From Blasia pusilla (lineage: Eukaryota), in contig CM114271.1 of the NCBI GenBank assembly GCA_050084515.1, positions 19,282,001-19,346,000 on the forward strand: a stretch of DNA of 64,000 nucleotides, in the 5' to 3' direction. A model generated the notes under the pieces. It was not told the origin of the DNA and made no database searches. It was given only the letters and a program-made list of their open reading frames with translations. Position numbers and translations under genes: made by a program. Of the stretch, positions 11,695 through 25,630 are shown one piece after another; position 1 is the stretch's first letter, and each line of letters opens with the position of its first letter.

Positions 11695-12600
11695 TTGAAG
11701 TATATACTCCCATGACATACTCTTTGATGTAGTGATATGTCACACTAGTATGCATAGTCTATGAATAATACTCTTGATTCTTGGCTAAGTGAAGTGTATC
11801 TTCCTGCTAAACCTTGGTGAATATACATGTGGTAAGAACAACCTAAATCAATGAAGTACACAAGAATCTTAAAATAATCATTACTATTTGTCATGGTGAG
11901 AAGATTCCCCACATCTCTAAGACTCCAAGTGAAAGATCACACTTGCTTGATTGGACGTTTGTTCTTTGGCAACTTCTTCTTTCTTGAGAAGAAAAAAAGA
12001 AGTTGCCACCACTCCTTTTTTAAACTCCCAATATTCCCCAAATCAAATTGCTCCACCTTAGCTTTGTTGAAATCTCTCTTTATGTTCTTTCTTTTAAGAC
12101 TACCTCGACAAGAAATGCGTTGGAATGCCTCTCTTCTATTTCCCATCTCATTTGGCAAGAGAGTAGTTATGACTTCTTCTAATTGTTTTGTTTCTTCACC
12201 ATACATTAAAATTGTGATAAGATGGCCAAATGATACAAAGAGATGAGGAAGATCAATACTTTATCTTCCTCCGACACTTCAACATCAATACAATTTAGCT
12301 CACAAAAAATCATGTTAAATGTATTGAGATGATCAATGGTAAGAATTTATTTTTCTTTCTATACACAGCCAAATTGAATTCATATTTAAGAACTTGATCA
12401 TCTACAACTCAAAGTTCTCAAGCTCAGACCAAAGCTATGATGATGATGATGGCTCGTTAATTGTCATGTAAATACATCTCAAGAAACACTCAATTTGATT
12501 ATACTCATCATTTTTCCAATTATCTCCTTCCACTCCTCATATATAAGTCTTATCAAGATTTCAGGTGTCAAGGTAGTTTTGACATTTTCTCCTCTCAAGA
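11695..12600 (-). pseudogene. Internally deleted Ty1/Copia gag-pol remnant
   Basis: Minus-strand EEWKEIIGKMMSIIKLSVS and MYGEETKQLEEVITTLLPNEM (Copia gag-like), a DSGASSHMT-like protease remnant near 11900, and TMHTSVTYHYIKEYV (cf. RNase H TKHIDVRYHFIRE) near 11710-11755. Confidence 0.6.
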
Positions 12601-12810
12601 TATGGAGGAGCAGTGTTTTTTCTACTTTTTCCCCTTCTTCTTCTTCATTCCACCATGGACAATGAGGCACATCAAAGTGTGAGTGAGACATATCAAAGTG
12701 GGATTGGGATGAATTTTGCAATTGGTTGGGTATCAGGGTGGGCACATACAAAGCATGGTTTTAAGGATCATCTCAACATTAGAGGCTTAGAGCATTCCTA
12801 CCAAATGTCC

Positions 12811-13400
12811 TGTTGGATTCTCAACATCCACTCCTCTGAGCACCATTAATCTGATCGGCCCCCTTGTATGAGGAGAAGCCTAGATTGATGGTTCCGACTT
12901 AGACGTTGGAGGAGTCATAGTAATATGACGTAGGTGGTTTTAGGAATAGCGTTACTAGGTTTATCTAACCCTATATTGCATCAGGGTGTGGGGCACCCTG
13001 ATGCAATATAGGGTTAGATAATTTTTCTATTAATAGAAACAAAGAAAAATAAGTAAAAACCCTAGTTTTCCCTAGTAGTCAAATAGTCGGGAGCCGCAGT
13101 GATAGCGCATTCTCGTATGTCGAGTTATCTCCATGTTCAGGTTCCATCAAAGCTCTTCTGTGAGCGCACGGACGGACTAGGCCACTTTGTATCTCTAAGT
13201 TTTGTAATGATTTATGTGATTTCGTCACTTTCTGTTTTCTCACATGTCCATATGGTAGGAAGACATATAAGCAAAAGTGTTTATTGATTGGTTTCTGAAA
13301 ATGTGATTTCCAATGTGATCCCCAATTGGAAATCACATTGGGGATCAACAATGTGATTTCCAAGTCGGTACATTGTTGATCCCTAGAACTTACTTCATCT
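12811..13400 (-). repeat. LTR-like family Y (probable 5' LTR of the Copia remnant)
   Basis: Ends ...gaatccaaca on the minus strand. Reverse complement matches 36373-36659; a module is shared with 2250-2400. Confidence 0.65.
12961..13021. repeat. Perfect 28-bp inverted repeat, 5-nt loop
   Basis: ttatctaaccctatattgcatcagggtg-tgggg-caccctgatgcaatatagggttagataa. Confidence 0.95.
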
Positions 13401-14141
13401 CATGTTTGCATGCCATTTTAGTTTTGTGAATTAACACTAAATTAGTCTGGATGCGATAGCAGCAAATGCCATTCTAGGCCAAGGAAATGATGGCAAAGCA
13501 AAATATTAAGGTGGAGGGGTAAAGACCGATGCTCACTTGACAGATTGTTCATCCATTGGACTCGAATAGTAGCCCTATGGCTCCTTCTGCTTGATAGCAA
13601 GAAGGAAAATGATACTATGGATATTTCAAATGAGATTCATGAGGCACATGCTTAAGTAGGGTCTCTTGAGAGATCCTTGTGAAGACTCTCAACCTAATGT
13701 AGGCACGCGTTTGGTCAAAAATTGACATTGACATTGATATTTGGGTTCATAACTTCATGTAGATGGTGTATATTAGTCACATTCAATCTAGACCTAAGCG
13801 TGGCACACTTGGTGCCTTCCAACTACATAGGATTGGTTGACATTTGATCATCCATATCAAAAAATTTATACGATCAAAGCCACTTTTTTTGTGAGTACAA
13901 ATGAATTAAGTTGGAATTACTTTGAGAGTTCTCCAAAAACTGCTTTGTGAGCTTAATGTGAGTCTACTATGACTTAATTGCAAGTATTTTTTGGATCCCC
14001 ATGGTCTCACACATCTATTGTTCTCTTCGAAGATTTGGGAAGACTCTTTGTTTCCGCCTAAAAACCCCTCATGTCTTTTCTCTCAACAAGACCCCTTCAA
14101 TTTCAACTCGTTTCTTCCTCCCCAAGAAACTTGTTTATGTA

Positions 14142-15070
14142 TCTATATTATTAAAAGAGCACAGGGTTTGAAAAACCGTCCTCAGGTAATGACACGTAGG
14201 CGTTTTTAGGTCTTAGCCTTACGACACGTGGAGGTCCGACACGTGAGGGGGAGGGGTATTCAAGTAGCGAGGCTTTAGGGTAGGGAGGGGGCATTCAAGT
14301 AATGAACTTGTTTGAATTTTATTATTTAAACCACGCTAGATGGGTAGAAATGTTCCAAGTAGAAAAAATCATAAGGATTTGAATAAAATATATAATTAAA
14401 TTTTATTACTATTAATAATTTATTTAATATTATAATGGGGGATTATAAATATAAATAAACTGGCATTATTTGGATTCAAAAAATTGAGAATTTGTGTCTT
14501 AATTCACATGTGATGGAAACGGAAAAATTTAATGGATAAGGCGTAGATCAAATTTTATGGAAGGTTAAAATTATTTAGAGGATTGGGGTGTCATTTAAAT
14601 TTGAATGGAGTACTGTAATTACTTAAAAGAGTGAAATTTTATTATTCTTCTAAGATTTTAGAAAATAAGCATTCTATTTAAAATTTTAAATTAATGATGT
14701 AATTATTTTTGAATTAATCTTATTAATTCACATGTAATATTTTGGGAAAGGAAAATAAATTTGAATGGAAAAGAAAAATCATTTAATTAAATAAAACTAA
14801 TTAAGAATTTTTTTAGTTAGTGTGATTTTGGTAGGAAGAGTGGAAGGGGAAGAATAATTTTTGTTGGAAATTTTAGGGAGGAATGTAATTATTTAGGGGA
14901 GATGGATATTATCTAAAGGTGATTTTCTTACTCTTTTGAGATTTATAAGAGTAGAAATTACACTTAATTTTTTAAATTAAATATAATTTTTTTAAATATC
15001 ATGGACACATGTTTATAAGTCATTTGTTGAGGAAACTATGCTAGGCGTGCATGGCACGGGCAACATCTAC
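14142..15070 (+). mobile_element. Probable non-autonomous Helitron (AT-rich, ~930 bp)
   Basis: 5' A|TCTATATTATTAAAA; 3' hairpin cgtgc-atg-gcacg, then ...catCTAC (variant of CTAG). Confidence 0.5.
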
Positions 15071-15080
15071 ATTCTTATGG

Positions 15081-15143
15081 GAGAGTGTCTTCTTGATTTG
15101 CAAACACCTCACCTTTCCGTTTGCAAATCAAGAAGACACTCTC
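15081..15143. repeat. Perfect 25-bp inverted repeat, 13-nt loop
   Basis: gagagtgtcttcttgatttgcaaac ... gtttgcaaatcaagaagacactctc. Confidence 0.95.
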
Positions 15144-17329
15144 TTCTTGATTTGCAACAAGAAATTGTGTCTCTTTATATAAGAATGAAAAAAAAAAATT
15201 GAATTTGTGTGTTCCCTTCATAAATTATACACTAACAAAAAATTTCAAACACTTTTTCTCTCTTTAAAGAACTTAGATAGGGACATTTGTCCCTTTCATA
15301 GAAACTCCCCGAGTCTTCTCTCCCAACAAGATACCTTCATTCATTGCTCTTAAGTTTCTTCCTCCCAAAGAAACTTGTTGCTGCCCCTACAAGCATTTGA
15401 AAAAAAATTCACCTAAGTCGTTTCCTCCCAAGAAACTAGCTCTTGCCTCATTTCTTTCACAAGAACATATGGTGTCCGACTAAATATGGATCCTTTTTAT
15501 ACTAGTACTTCCTCATTGACAAGTCTTCTATTTCCATAGGACATCTTTAAGGGCTCCTCTTAAGTCTCTTCCTTCCAAGAAACCAGATTTTGCCTTATAT
15601 CTTTCTAAGGAATTTGAATAATCATGTCACGAAGTGACCATTTCATGTTCACTTGAGGTTTAAGTAGTATCTCATAAGATCGAGGAGAAAGACAAGGGAT
15701 GAATGATTTCCATTCAAGTGAGAAGTGACAAAAAAGTAAGGGGCTAGAAGCGCATATAGGGTTTAATAGAGTTAGCTCTCTAGTGTGTCAATGTACTTGT
15801 TCGTCCATGGACTAACAAGTACATTGGAGAATTTGAAAAATGAAAATACATTCTCCCATGATAATATAGGGCTATCACTCTTGGAAATGTAGCTTTCGTG
15901 GTTGCATAGTTTCTCCACGAATTGAACACGATGAAGAGGGTATTCCGAGTACTAGTGCTGATTTTCACATATGATTCCTTTGTATACTAAGTCTTATATA
16001 AGTCTTTTCTCTCGACAAGGCTGCTCCTAAACCTCTTCGTCCCAAGAAATCCCCTTATGCCATCCGACCAGTTCATTTTATCTCCGACTCACCATTCCAT
16101 CCGAGTGTTCCATTTCTTTAATCTACATGAGAAAGTGAGATGGTTTAGGCAGAAATCCTAAATCTAGGCAGTTCGAAGTTCTAGTTCGACTACACACAAA
16201 CACACACACGGACGGACGGATGGAACTGATAAGCTACAAGGAGTGCACATCACTGCTATCCAGAATCCTTTGTCCAGGCACCCTTTTCTAACAATTCCAT
16301 AGACGAGAAAAAGGAGCCTGAGACTTCGCAGTTGCATTCTCTAATCACTCTGCAATCTCAGCAGCTTAAGTCACTTCACACACGCACGGAAAAGACACAT
16401 TCTTCAGTAAACATGGCCGCCCGGGACCGCGAGCAGTTATTAGTGGCAGATCGACACATATGCAAGAATATTCGTGAGTCTGTAAACTAGCGATCAAAGT
16501 GAAAGCCTCGATCCCGGATCCGAAACGTGAAGGTAGCGAGATGGGATGGAGGTCGAGCTTCAGGAGAACCACCCACAACAGAACAAATCGGAGCTGACAA
16601 CGTTTGGATTGCGAGGAAGAAACCAGATTCAAACGATTTGCAGCCAGAATCCGGTGGACCTTCGCAGTTTAGGGACATGGAACTTGGTCGATTGGAGCTT
16701 AGAGTCCTGACATCTGGAAGAATCGGTACTGTAATTAGTCAACTCATGGCGATGGAACCTGTCTGCTGCAGGCATTTAGGATCGATGGATGGCGCGATTC
16801 TTTCTCATAAAACGGGAATCTTATCAGAGCCTCGCGCTGAAGGTCAATGCACCGCGAGAGATATCAATACTATAGAGCACTATTGCATATCGAAACCCGC
16901 TATAGTTCCATGTGCACGGCATCGATCAAAAAAACCATCAAGCCGCCTGACTAATCTTGACTCGGAGTACTGCTTTTGCACGTCCCACGGTCACGATGCC
17001 AAGAATCGGAGCAAACAAAACCTCCTAATTTGGAACTAGTTGACTATCATAGCTATCACCGGATCGGAATCACTGTTTTGTGTCGAGTTTCACCTCATCC
17101 GGATCCTGTAGGTTCTTAGTAACTCATAGAACGTGAGCCCAAGAGTCTGAACGAATCATCCGTGAAAGTACAAGGAAATATCGTACAGTATGTTCGTGGG
17201 AAGGCATGTACGGAATTACGGAATCAGGTAGATTTTCAAGTTTCCGACATGATTGGTTTTCTGAAGCACATCGCGATCGGTTTCTGTGTTTGTTTTATCA
17301 TCATTTTGACGCATTGGCCAACAACTCAA

Positions 17330-20300
17330 CACGGAGTGCGGCTCTTGGAAAGGTGAGGGATGGAAGCAGTAGTCGTGAGTGGACAAAAGCTGAATCTGTA
17401 GGAGAAATGGCAGTTCAGACATCGCAATCGGTGGAATATGATTCATCTCTCAATGTCGTCTTCGAATTCGTACTAGAGCGAGGAGATCCTCCATCGTTTC
17501 CACCTTTAATTCATCATGTTTGTGATGGCAAAGTGTCCAGAAGTCTCAAACTTTTTTTCCCTCAAGTGAACAAACATGAAATTCACATAATCGAACGGCC
17601 CTACTCAGAAATAATTTGGTTTGAGAGGAGAGAGGCGCTCTCAGATTACGAGTGGTTGCCATACAGAGTGTTGGAACTGGTTCGGAGCTTCCAGGTATCC
17701 ACCAACAAACTCTTCACTAGTCTATCCGGCTTGCCTATGCCTAATTGGAATCTCCTAAAGACGTTACTCATCAGCTGATCCCGGGACATGAATCTAGGCT
17801 GCTGGATGATGCGATGAGCAGCTCTGATGGTACCAGGTCAGCAATTTCGATGCAGGTTGTTGCTCTTTGTCCTGCAATTTCTGCACAATCTACCAGTGGT
17901 GATTGACTGGGCTGTCCTCCCATCCTCACACCAAGTACATGATGATGATGGTCCCATTGGTATATTCGTGACAAACTTGTAGACCGATAAGTGTTTAGGG
18001 AGATGACTGAATGAGATATCATTCAGAGAGAGATGTCTGAATGACCTGGACCTGATCTCTCATTGGGAAGGAAGACTGATCTCTGATGGAGAGAGGTAAC
18101 CAGGACTGCTCAGTGTATAGACCTCAGAAGCGTTTGGTGGTAGAGACCTTTCTCTCCTCTTGGGGCTTCATTCTAGTCTCGAAATTAGTAGCTTCTTATT
18201 TCGGAGGTCTCATAGTGTGTGCATCTGATTTGTAGTATTCTCAAATAAAAATCCAAAGTGGATTGGTGGACGCAGCAATTTCGATTCAGAAGGAAGTGAA
18301 CCACGGTATATTGGTGTCCTTGTGTTCCTTGTGTTCCTTGTTTGTCTCTCATACTTGGGATCAGGAAACAGAAAGATTTCTCTACACCCATCCTGCTAAT
18401 TTTATGATTAAGAGGGTTAGTTGGAAAGATAGATTTTGAGGAATACATTTTAATTATGAGGTGTGTAGTGCTTTGGACATTAAATTGTTCATTTTGACCA
18501 GGAGAATTGGAAATTTTAGGCCTTAGAGGGTTAACTTTCTAACTTTGCCTGTTTTGGAAACACAAGGCTTTTACTAGAGAAGTTATTTTAAAGGTTTGAG
18601 GATCCAGACTTGAAGTTCTCAAATTCTTCCATAACTTGCAGAGTTCGATATCGATGTGCCTATCACATTTTGAACATCCATGGAAACTGTGAATCTTTTA
18701 TATATAAAAGAGTCTCGCACTTGAATCTGCTCATGAGGTTTAGAAGAAAGTTGGAAACAAAGGGTTTAGGGTTTAGAAAGCTTCAGAATATAACAGCTCG
18801 GCGGCTGTTCATTCAATTTGCTGTCAGCTTTCTTATTTAGAACACTCTCCTGATGACAGTTCATGCGTTTATCAAATCATAAGCTTTCAGAATTGAAGCG
18901 TGGTCCAGCATATCAGTGGAGTCAATTTCTACAGCAAACTTTTCGAGGCAGTTTTCGAAGAGGACAAGACGTCTTCGCTCCGACTTTTGCCTCTCAGATC
19001 CGGTCAGATAATGTATTCCTAGGACTGCACACATCCCAATCTCCAGCATCGTAAAACGGTGCAAGGTGTTCATCATCTGCTATGGTACCCTCCTCACATC
19101 TTTCTGTCTCTAAAACCGTCCAGCAACGCTACGACAGGCACTACTCAATGGCTGCAGTCTTTCCCCTTATTGGCAGCACATGGTGATCATGATGTTGCAA
19201 AGAGAAAAACGGACACCCATTTAGTAGAATAGCGCTCAAGAGCTCGATCTGCTACCCAATTGCACAAGCTTCGTCGTTTCGAAACATTCACATCAAGAAT
19301 CCACATGCACAACGGAGTCTTGCATACATATTTCGGAACATTCGAATGCTTTCCATTTTCAACGGGCAATTTCCACCAGCGACAGTTCCACATGAGAACA
19401 ATTTGTCCAAACCCACGAAAAGCCGACTTCGAATTCGTTTCCACATGTTGAAATTCTGCGAACCGTCCTCACGAAGTTGTCAACTTCCTCCGAATTGGTG
19501 AAGTAGCACAGGATCGGAATCTGGAAAGTAATATCCGATGTCATGTGCAAACGGTTCTTGCAGACGTCTCTTCAAACATCGGCACTACAGCTATGATTAC
19601 GACCAATATGTGATCCCGGAGAAACAAAAATCGAGATATCGTTTGCATTCGCGAGTAGAGCCGGCAATGATTAAGCAGGAGAGGACCCATAGTTATTTAG
19701 ACCAGTGTCAAGAGCTAGCAGTCCTCTCCTGCCATTTTGTGAGTTCGAACGAGGATTTCCAGTTAGGATTCTCAAGCATCGACCTCAGAAAAGCAACCAA
19801 CACTCTTCTTGGATGAATCCGATTCCAATCTGAGTCACTGAATCTTACACCACTTTCGGAACCAAGACAGCGAGAGTTGAAGGAATCAGACCCGTTTCCA
19901 AGCTAATCCTTGTGTAGAAATTCTGGAACATATCCTCCTTGGACTGCTGGGCAATCTCATATTCCATGCACATGGGGAAAGTAAACTTGCAATGCCGTCC
20001 TTGGTCGTATGGGAAAATGCACATGCAATAGACGTTTGCACTACTTGTGCATTGTGAAACTGAGCTTCCAATTTCCCATTGGTCTCCTCAGCAACTGCAT
20101 CTTACACGGGGTTTGTGAACCTAAACTTCAAACTTCCTCCTTGCTCTCCCAACCGCACATTACATGTGGACTGCTCAAATCTAACTTCACAGCAGGGAGA
20201 TAAAAAGGAGTCTGGTGCGAAGATTTAAAGTGCTGGAAAAAGTGGAACATAATAATCTGGAATCGAAAACCGAACTTGCTCCGACCGACGAGTTTCCCAT

Positions 20301-20850
20301 GGGCAAGTTTGGAAAATTGGAACACTGACAGACATTCCACATCCTTACCTGCTATCTGGAATACCTTCTTCAAAGAGTGCAGTTTAAACTTCGCTGCAAA
20401 CATCTTCAAAGATTTCTGTAAGAACTTTTAACCCCAAAGACTTGTAACCTTCCTCGGCAAAGTTGTATAGCAAAGTTTGTATAGATCAAATTTGTAAAAC
20501 TTCTCGAATATTAATTCCGAATTTTTTATTGTGCCTCCTATTACTAACACAGCAATTTTTATTGCTCTACACTTTCCATCATTTCTTCTGATGGGAAATC
20601 AACAGTCTGCACTCGTTTCAAATCTTGCATCATAAAGTGGTGCAATAATTCCATGGGTGAGGATATTTAGCCACTCAACGATTTCAAACACCCACCAGCT
20701 TACTGCTCGGAAAACTGATCCGAAAACCTCGAATACCCCTTCGTGCAACAGCCTCTCACTGACATATTCGCCCTTCACACAGAGTCTATGTACATACCAG
20801 TTCCATGAGCCTTCGTAGCGATCACAAACGTGATCACACATGAGGACTGA
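17330..20850 (-). pseudogene. Heavily degraded gene-like region; tentatively COR/TORNADO1-like (18600-20850) and kinase-like (17330-18050) remnants
   Basis: Weak minus-strand echoes across frameshifts: RLLHEG..WWVFEIVEWL, ITFQIPILCYF, HHVLPIRG; LLTWYHQ, RDQLMSNVF, FLLQIQLLSTHD. No intact ORF. Confidence 0.25.
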
Positions 20851-21524
20851 GTGTACAGCATGATTATCATTACCACAACGTTCGAGAAAACTCGAGAAAC
20901 TCCAGAAGTGTGCGAACTTCTCTCATAATTGATCTACTGGCCTAGCAGATCCTTTTATTTCAGAGACCGATTGGCCTTTACGACCACTTCTGGTCCTGTT
21001 TGTACACCGTCCAGGTAGCAGCTCATGCGCACCAGATTCACAGCAGGAGGGAGGCCTGTATACGGGCGTGCCATTCCTGCGAATCTAGTTCGATTACACG
21101 CAGGCATTAGCGAGAACTAAAATCTGGAGCTGCCAGCTTTCTAACCAATATCTTATTGGGCGCGGAAAACCTCTGCACACATGCTTGCGGTGCGGGTTAC
21201 TCTCAGCACCATCTACAGAGTCTTGAGAAAACGAAGGAAAGAAAAAAAAAAAAAACCTCTACCTAAGTGATTCCGTCCTCGAAGTGGAGTCCGAATTATC
21301 CGAACTACATTATCCATACTACTTAGTCCGCACGTCGAAATCGTGCCATTCCTTCCATGCATGCAAGGGGAAGGCCGGAGTGAAATTCTATTCGCTGAGC
21401 AGGGGGAGAAAACCTTGTGAGTCACTGAGGCAGACGCTCACGCCTCTCCTGCGTTCTTCGCTATCCAGGGTTCATCGTACAATGGAGAGATGGTGTATGT
21501 ACATGTGTAGGGAGTAGTCCCGGC

Positions 21525-23184
21525 CTAGAAATTGTAGCTGGCCTGGACTGTCTGCCCGAACCTCCATGTCTCGGGAGCGACGTTCCAGAATGTGACAGTT
21601 CTACCGTTGCCCAGAGTGACTCGGAAGCTGAGATTCTGTCCGACCAGCTTCTGGTAGGATTCCCAGTTCTGCCCCCAGTTCTGCCTCATGGGCACGAAGC
21701 CGGTCATAGAGCCTTTGATTTCCATCTTGTTGACGTTTCCAGCGCCTGCGACGTTGCTGACCAGCACCAAGTTCCAGTAGGTGTTGCCATTCAGTGTGAA
21801 CTTGATACCTCCTGGTTTGTGGCAGCGCACTCTGGAGTTCACATGCGTAGGATCCAGACGACGGGGTTAGTCGCGTGCAGCCGAGATCGCACGAGCTAGC
21901 CGTCTACCTAGCTAGACTTCGATCTCTTCGACTGCGATCGCTTTGGACGATCAACTTCTGCAGATCAATGCGTAGATTCTACTTCTCCCGCACGACCGAC
22001 GGCTACTCAAACCGGTGACTGGAAATTCTCCGGCACTTGAAGACCTGTTCACGACGAATCTCTCTGAAGTGATGAGTCGAAGGACTGAAAAGGCCATTTT
22101 TTCCTACGAATGGGAATTCGGGTGCCCGAATATTATCCACGCCACCATCTGTGAGCTAGCTAAATTCATATCGCACGTCGAATTCGTCAAGTGCGAGGAA
22201 GTATTCGTGCACCATCGCATCTTCTCAGCGGAGGATATTAATCGTACGATATATATATGGGGTGGACTCGCTATCTATGTGGACTCACTATATGCAAGCG
22301 AGTGCTGTTGTAGAACTCCACACACGTTAGATCGTTTCATGTCGCGGGACCTCACACGGATAGCAACACAACCCTTCGCGCACGTTTCCGTTCATCTCGA
22401 CAACAATACAACTTTCGACCAATCGACTCCAAGAAAACATGTGTGTGTGTGTGAGTACATATATATTTCTATACCTGCGGTACTGAATGGGGATGACACC
22501 TGCAACCTGATTTGCGAGCCTTGTGAAGACTGCGTAAGCCATGTCGAAGTGGCGCTTCGGTGGGTCGCACCAGCCTCCATTGGACCCTGGCGGGCAGAGG
22601 TTGGTAGCCGTGACGATCACAGATCCTACCGAGGGGTAGCACCACTTCTGAGCGTATGCTGATGCGCTTCTCTTGCACTTGACTTCGAAGCAGGCTCCAC
22701 AAGTCAGACCATTGTTGAACAAAGGAGTGCTGAGCGCCACGGTTTGAGAACCATAGCCTAGACTGAATGGGTTTGTATAACCGCATGCGCCATCTGCGCA
22801 ACATAACAAAATTCGACGGGTGTGAGACGGAAGGCTGTAAGGCTAAGGTCGCAGTTCGTGACCACCGGTGAAAAAATCTCCTCTCTCTCTCTTCTAGACT
22901 TTGCTCATTGAATTATGACAATTCGAACGTTTCTGCGGTTCGAACATGTCCGAATGCTCTAAACCCCTGGCTAATTTTTTCGTGAGACGCGATCCACAAT
23001 TCGAACACTTACTCATCGTGCCAGAGGCATCGTAGCCTCCGTAATAAGTCGCCGTCGCGTCGTAAAAGGTCGGAGCTGCTACGGCAGGTGAATCGAGAGC
23101 GCTTGCAAGCTTGAAAAGAGTAAGAGACCACAGCAATGTGCTGAAAACGGCTCCAACTAGACCCAATCCGCTCATGGTCGCCAT
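21525..23184 (-). CDS. EXPA: Alpha-expansin, 3 exons (23184-23013, 22793-22475, 21831-21525), 265 aa
   Basis: Signal peptide, ATYYGGYDASGTM|NGACGY, ALSTPLFNNGLTCGACFEVKC, TATNLCPP...GGWC..P..HFDM, YRR|VRC.K.GGIKFT, LVLVSNVAGAG, M.QNWGQNW. GT-AG introns with consistent phases (172+319+307=798 nt). Confidence 0.97.
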
Positions 23185-23771
23185 CTCCCTGCAGAACAGA
23201 CGACCACCATCAACTGCTCAGCGGATGCTCCGAGAGACTTCGTGGACATGGAACTCAACATCGCACGAGTCCCCTACTCCGAGAGCGCTCGGTACCTATC
23301 TGTGCACATCTCCACACCCAGCCGCCGCTTCGACTGGCGAGAGTTGGAAGTCGAATTCGCATGCACGGACGCGCCGCTGCCGATTTTTTTCGGATGGCTC
23401 TCACTAGCTAGTCCGCCACATTCTGAATTCATCGCAACTCAGAAAGCGTGCAGCGCGCGCGGATCTCCACGTCCACGGCTCGCAAGACGGAGGGAGGGAA
23501 ACATGCTTCCCACCACCCAAATAAGAAAACTCACAAGTCCATCCCAGCGTGACTGCGAGCGTGGTTGCAAGAGTAACAGAGAAAAACAAAGATACCTGAA
23601 CAGAGCCAGCCAGCCAGCTAAGCTAGCACTCGGAAATGGAGAGCTCCTGCTGCTGATCGAGTGAGACCAACCAATCACGAGCTCCGAGAAGTCGAGCGAG
23701 CGAGCGAGCGATCGAGCGACGAGCTTGAAGTCGAGTGACTCGTTGAGATGTGGATCTATTATGGAGACCCG

Positions 23772-23781
23772 AATTTATATC
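23772..23781 (-). promoter_or_regulatory. Candidate TATA box for the expansin
   Basis: Minus-strand GATATAAATT in a CpG-rich upstream region; possible 5'UTR intron acceptor ttctgcag just upstream of the ATG. Confidence 0.35.
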
Positions 23782-25630
23782 GCTGGGCAGGAACAGCGGC
23801 CGCGGACAGTCTCATGAGTCCGGGACTCGAGCTCCGAGCGTCGAGGCCACACACGCGCGCATGACAAGCGCGAGGACTTGCTATTGCAAATTGTAAGTCG
23901 AACATGTCCGGAGCTCTGGGCCGCCTACCCCTCCGCTGTCGCCATTTCTCTTCATCGTGTTCCCTCGCCCGTTCCGTATCGGTTCGCACGGACGCGCAAG
24001 GAACCATATTATCACCGTCCATGTTGCACTCACGTCGGCGGCGAATGACGACCGCGAATCGCTTTTCCGGAGCTTCAGGACTGTCTCTTCCGATTTGTGT
24101 CGCGACTAAAGATAGGCTGCTTTCTTTCTTCATTCCTAACAAGCGATCCCCAAACGATTATCTGTAAGATAAACTGGCCCATCATCATTTAAAAATAATT
24201 TCTTGATGTAGTATTAGCAAAAGATTTTCGTGTGTAAAAAGGCGTTTGTAAATTAAGAAGATATTTTCTGATAATAATTTAAATTCATGAGAATGTGAAA
24301 TTTAATAAACGGAGAAAAAAATTTCTTCCCGTCAGAATATAAAAAAATGAATAAAAAATCAAATTAAATACTCAATTATTTTTTTAAAAAAAATCAGAAT
24401 TTCTGTTAGACATCCCATCACGATAGGAATATCGAAAACCCAAATATTTTGAGTACTTTTTTTTACGGATATTCTATCTAAAATATTGGGATGAACCTTG
24501 TTAATGAGAATGTGAAATTAATAAGAAGAGAGTGTAAGATGAATTTAGCTAGGGAAGAAAAAGAAATCCAATAAAGAATCCAATTGAGGAGAATACGGGG
24601 AAATAAGAGAAATGGTTTTCTAAGAAGGGAGGCAACAAGATGCTTAGGCTTTCAAAAGAAGAACTTACAAGATAGTTTTCTTCCCAAAACTAGGATGATG
24701 CTCTTGGAGAATCTATCGACACTATTTAAAAGAGGATAATTTCTTGAAAAGTTTTTTTTTAAATCTCCTTCACTTATGTACTAACAAATATCATTTTCGT
24801 TTATTCTAACTAATTAATTTTGAAAATAAGAATTTTTTAAAATAATGAAACCTCCCCCATTGTACTTTTATGCTAAGTGTAGGGTAAGACTTAAAAAAAG
24901 AATTAACGAGAGGATTGGAAAAGGTATATTATTTTTCCCAAATTAATACGGGAAAATATATGAGTATTCTTTCCAATGTTGGCTCTTTTCATTTCCATTC
25001 ATTTGATTTGAAGCACGACATAGGAAAAAAATTCACTAGTTTTCTTCGACATGGAGGTGAGAAAAATCTTTCAAAGGACATGCACTAATTTACAAAAATA
25101 TTCTCTTCTCACTTTGGAAACATACTAACATATGTCCGAAACCACTAACATTTATTTGAAAGAAAAATCTCACCTTTTTTCAAGCTCCTTTTATGACAAT
25201 GTCTCCCTTCTTCTCTTTGGGACTTGCCCTACCTTAATTCTTTTCACAATTATTACCATGGAGTTAAAAATTATTTTAAATTCACAAAGTTGATCCTTTT
25301 CTCCTTCAATTACTTATACTCTTTCATGGTTTTTCTCAAAAAAACTAAATTTTATCTTTATAGCATATATTCTCATAATAAGTGTGCAACCTTTTGAGAG
25401 GGATGGGGGGAGAAACTAATTAATAAACACGTGTGGAGGACACGTGGATAAAAAACTATGAGCACCTGTATAGGCCGTAATAAATTAACTTAGGAGATTA
25501 AAAGTTTTCCAAAATGATTTAAGTTATTTACTATATACTATGTTTAACTTAAATTTTGCAACCAATATATATGTTGTAAGATATTGTATTATCTATATCA
25601 AACTTGTTAGGAAAACACATCGTTTATAAT

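Noticed and set aside
13480-13950. Possible second Copia gag N-terminus on the plus strand
   Set aside because: Too degenerate to support without a search.
16527-17778. Plus-strand ORFs of 170 and 190 aa
   Set aside because: No recognisable motifs; probably shadow ORFs.
22015-22662. 215-aa plus-strand ORF
   Set aside because: Antisense shadow of expansin exon 2 and intron 2.
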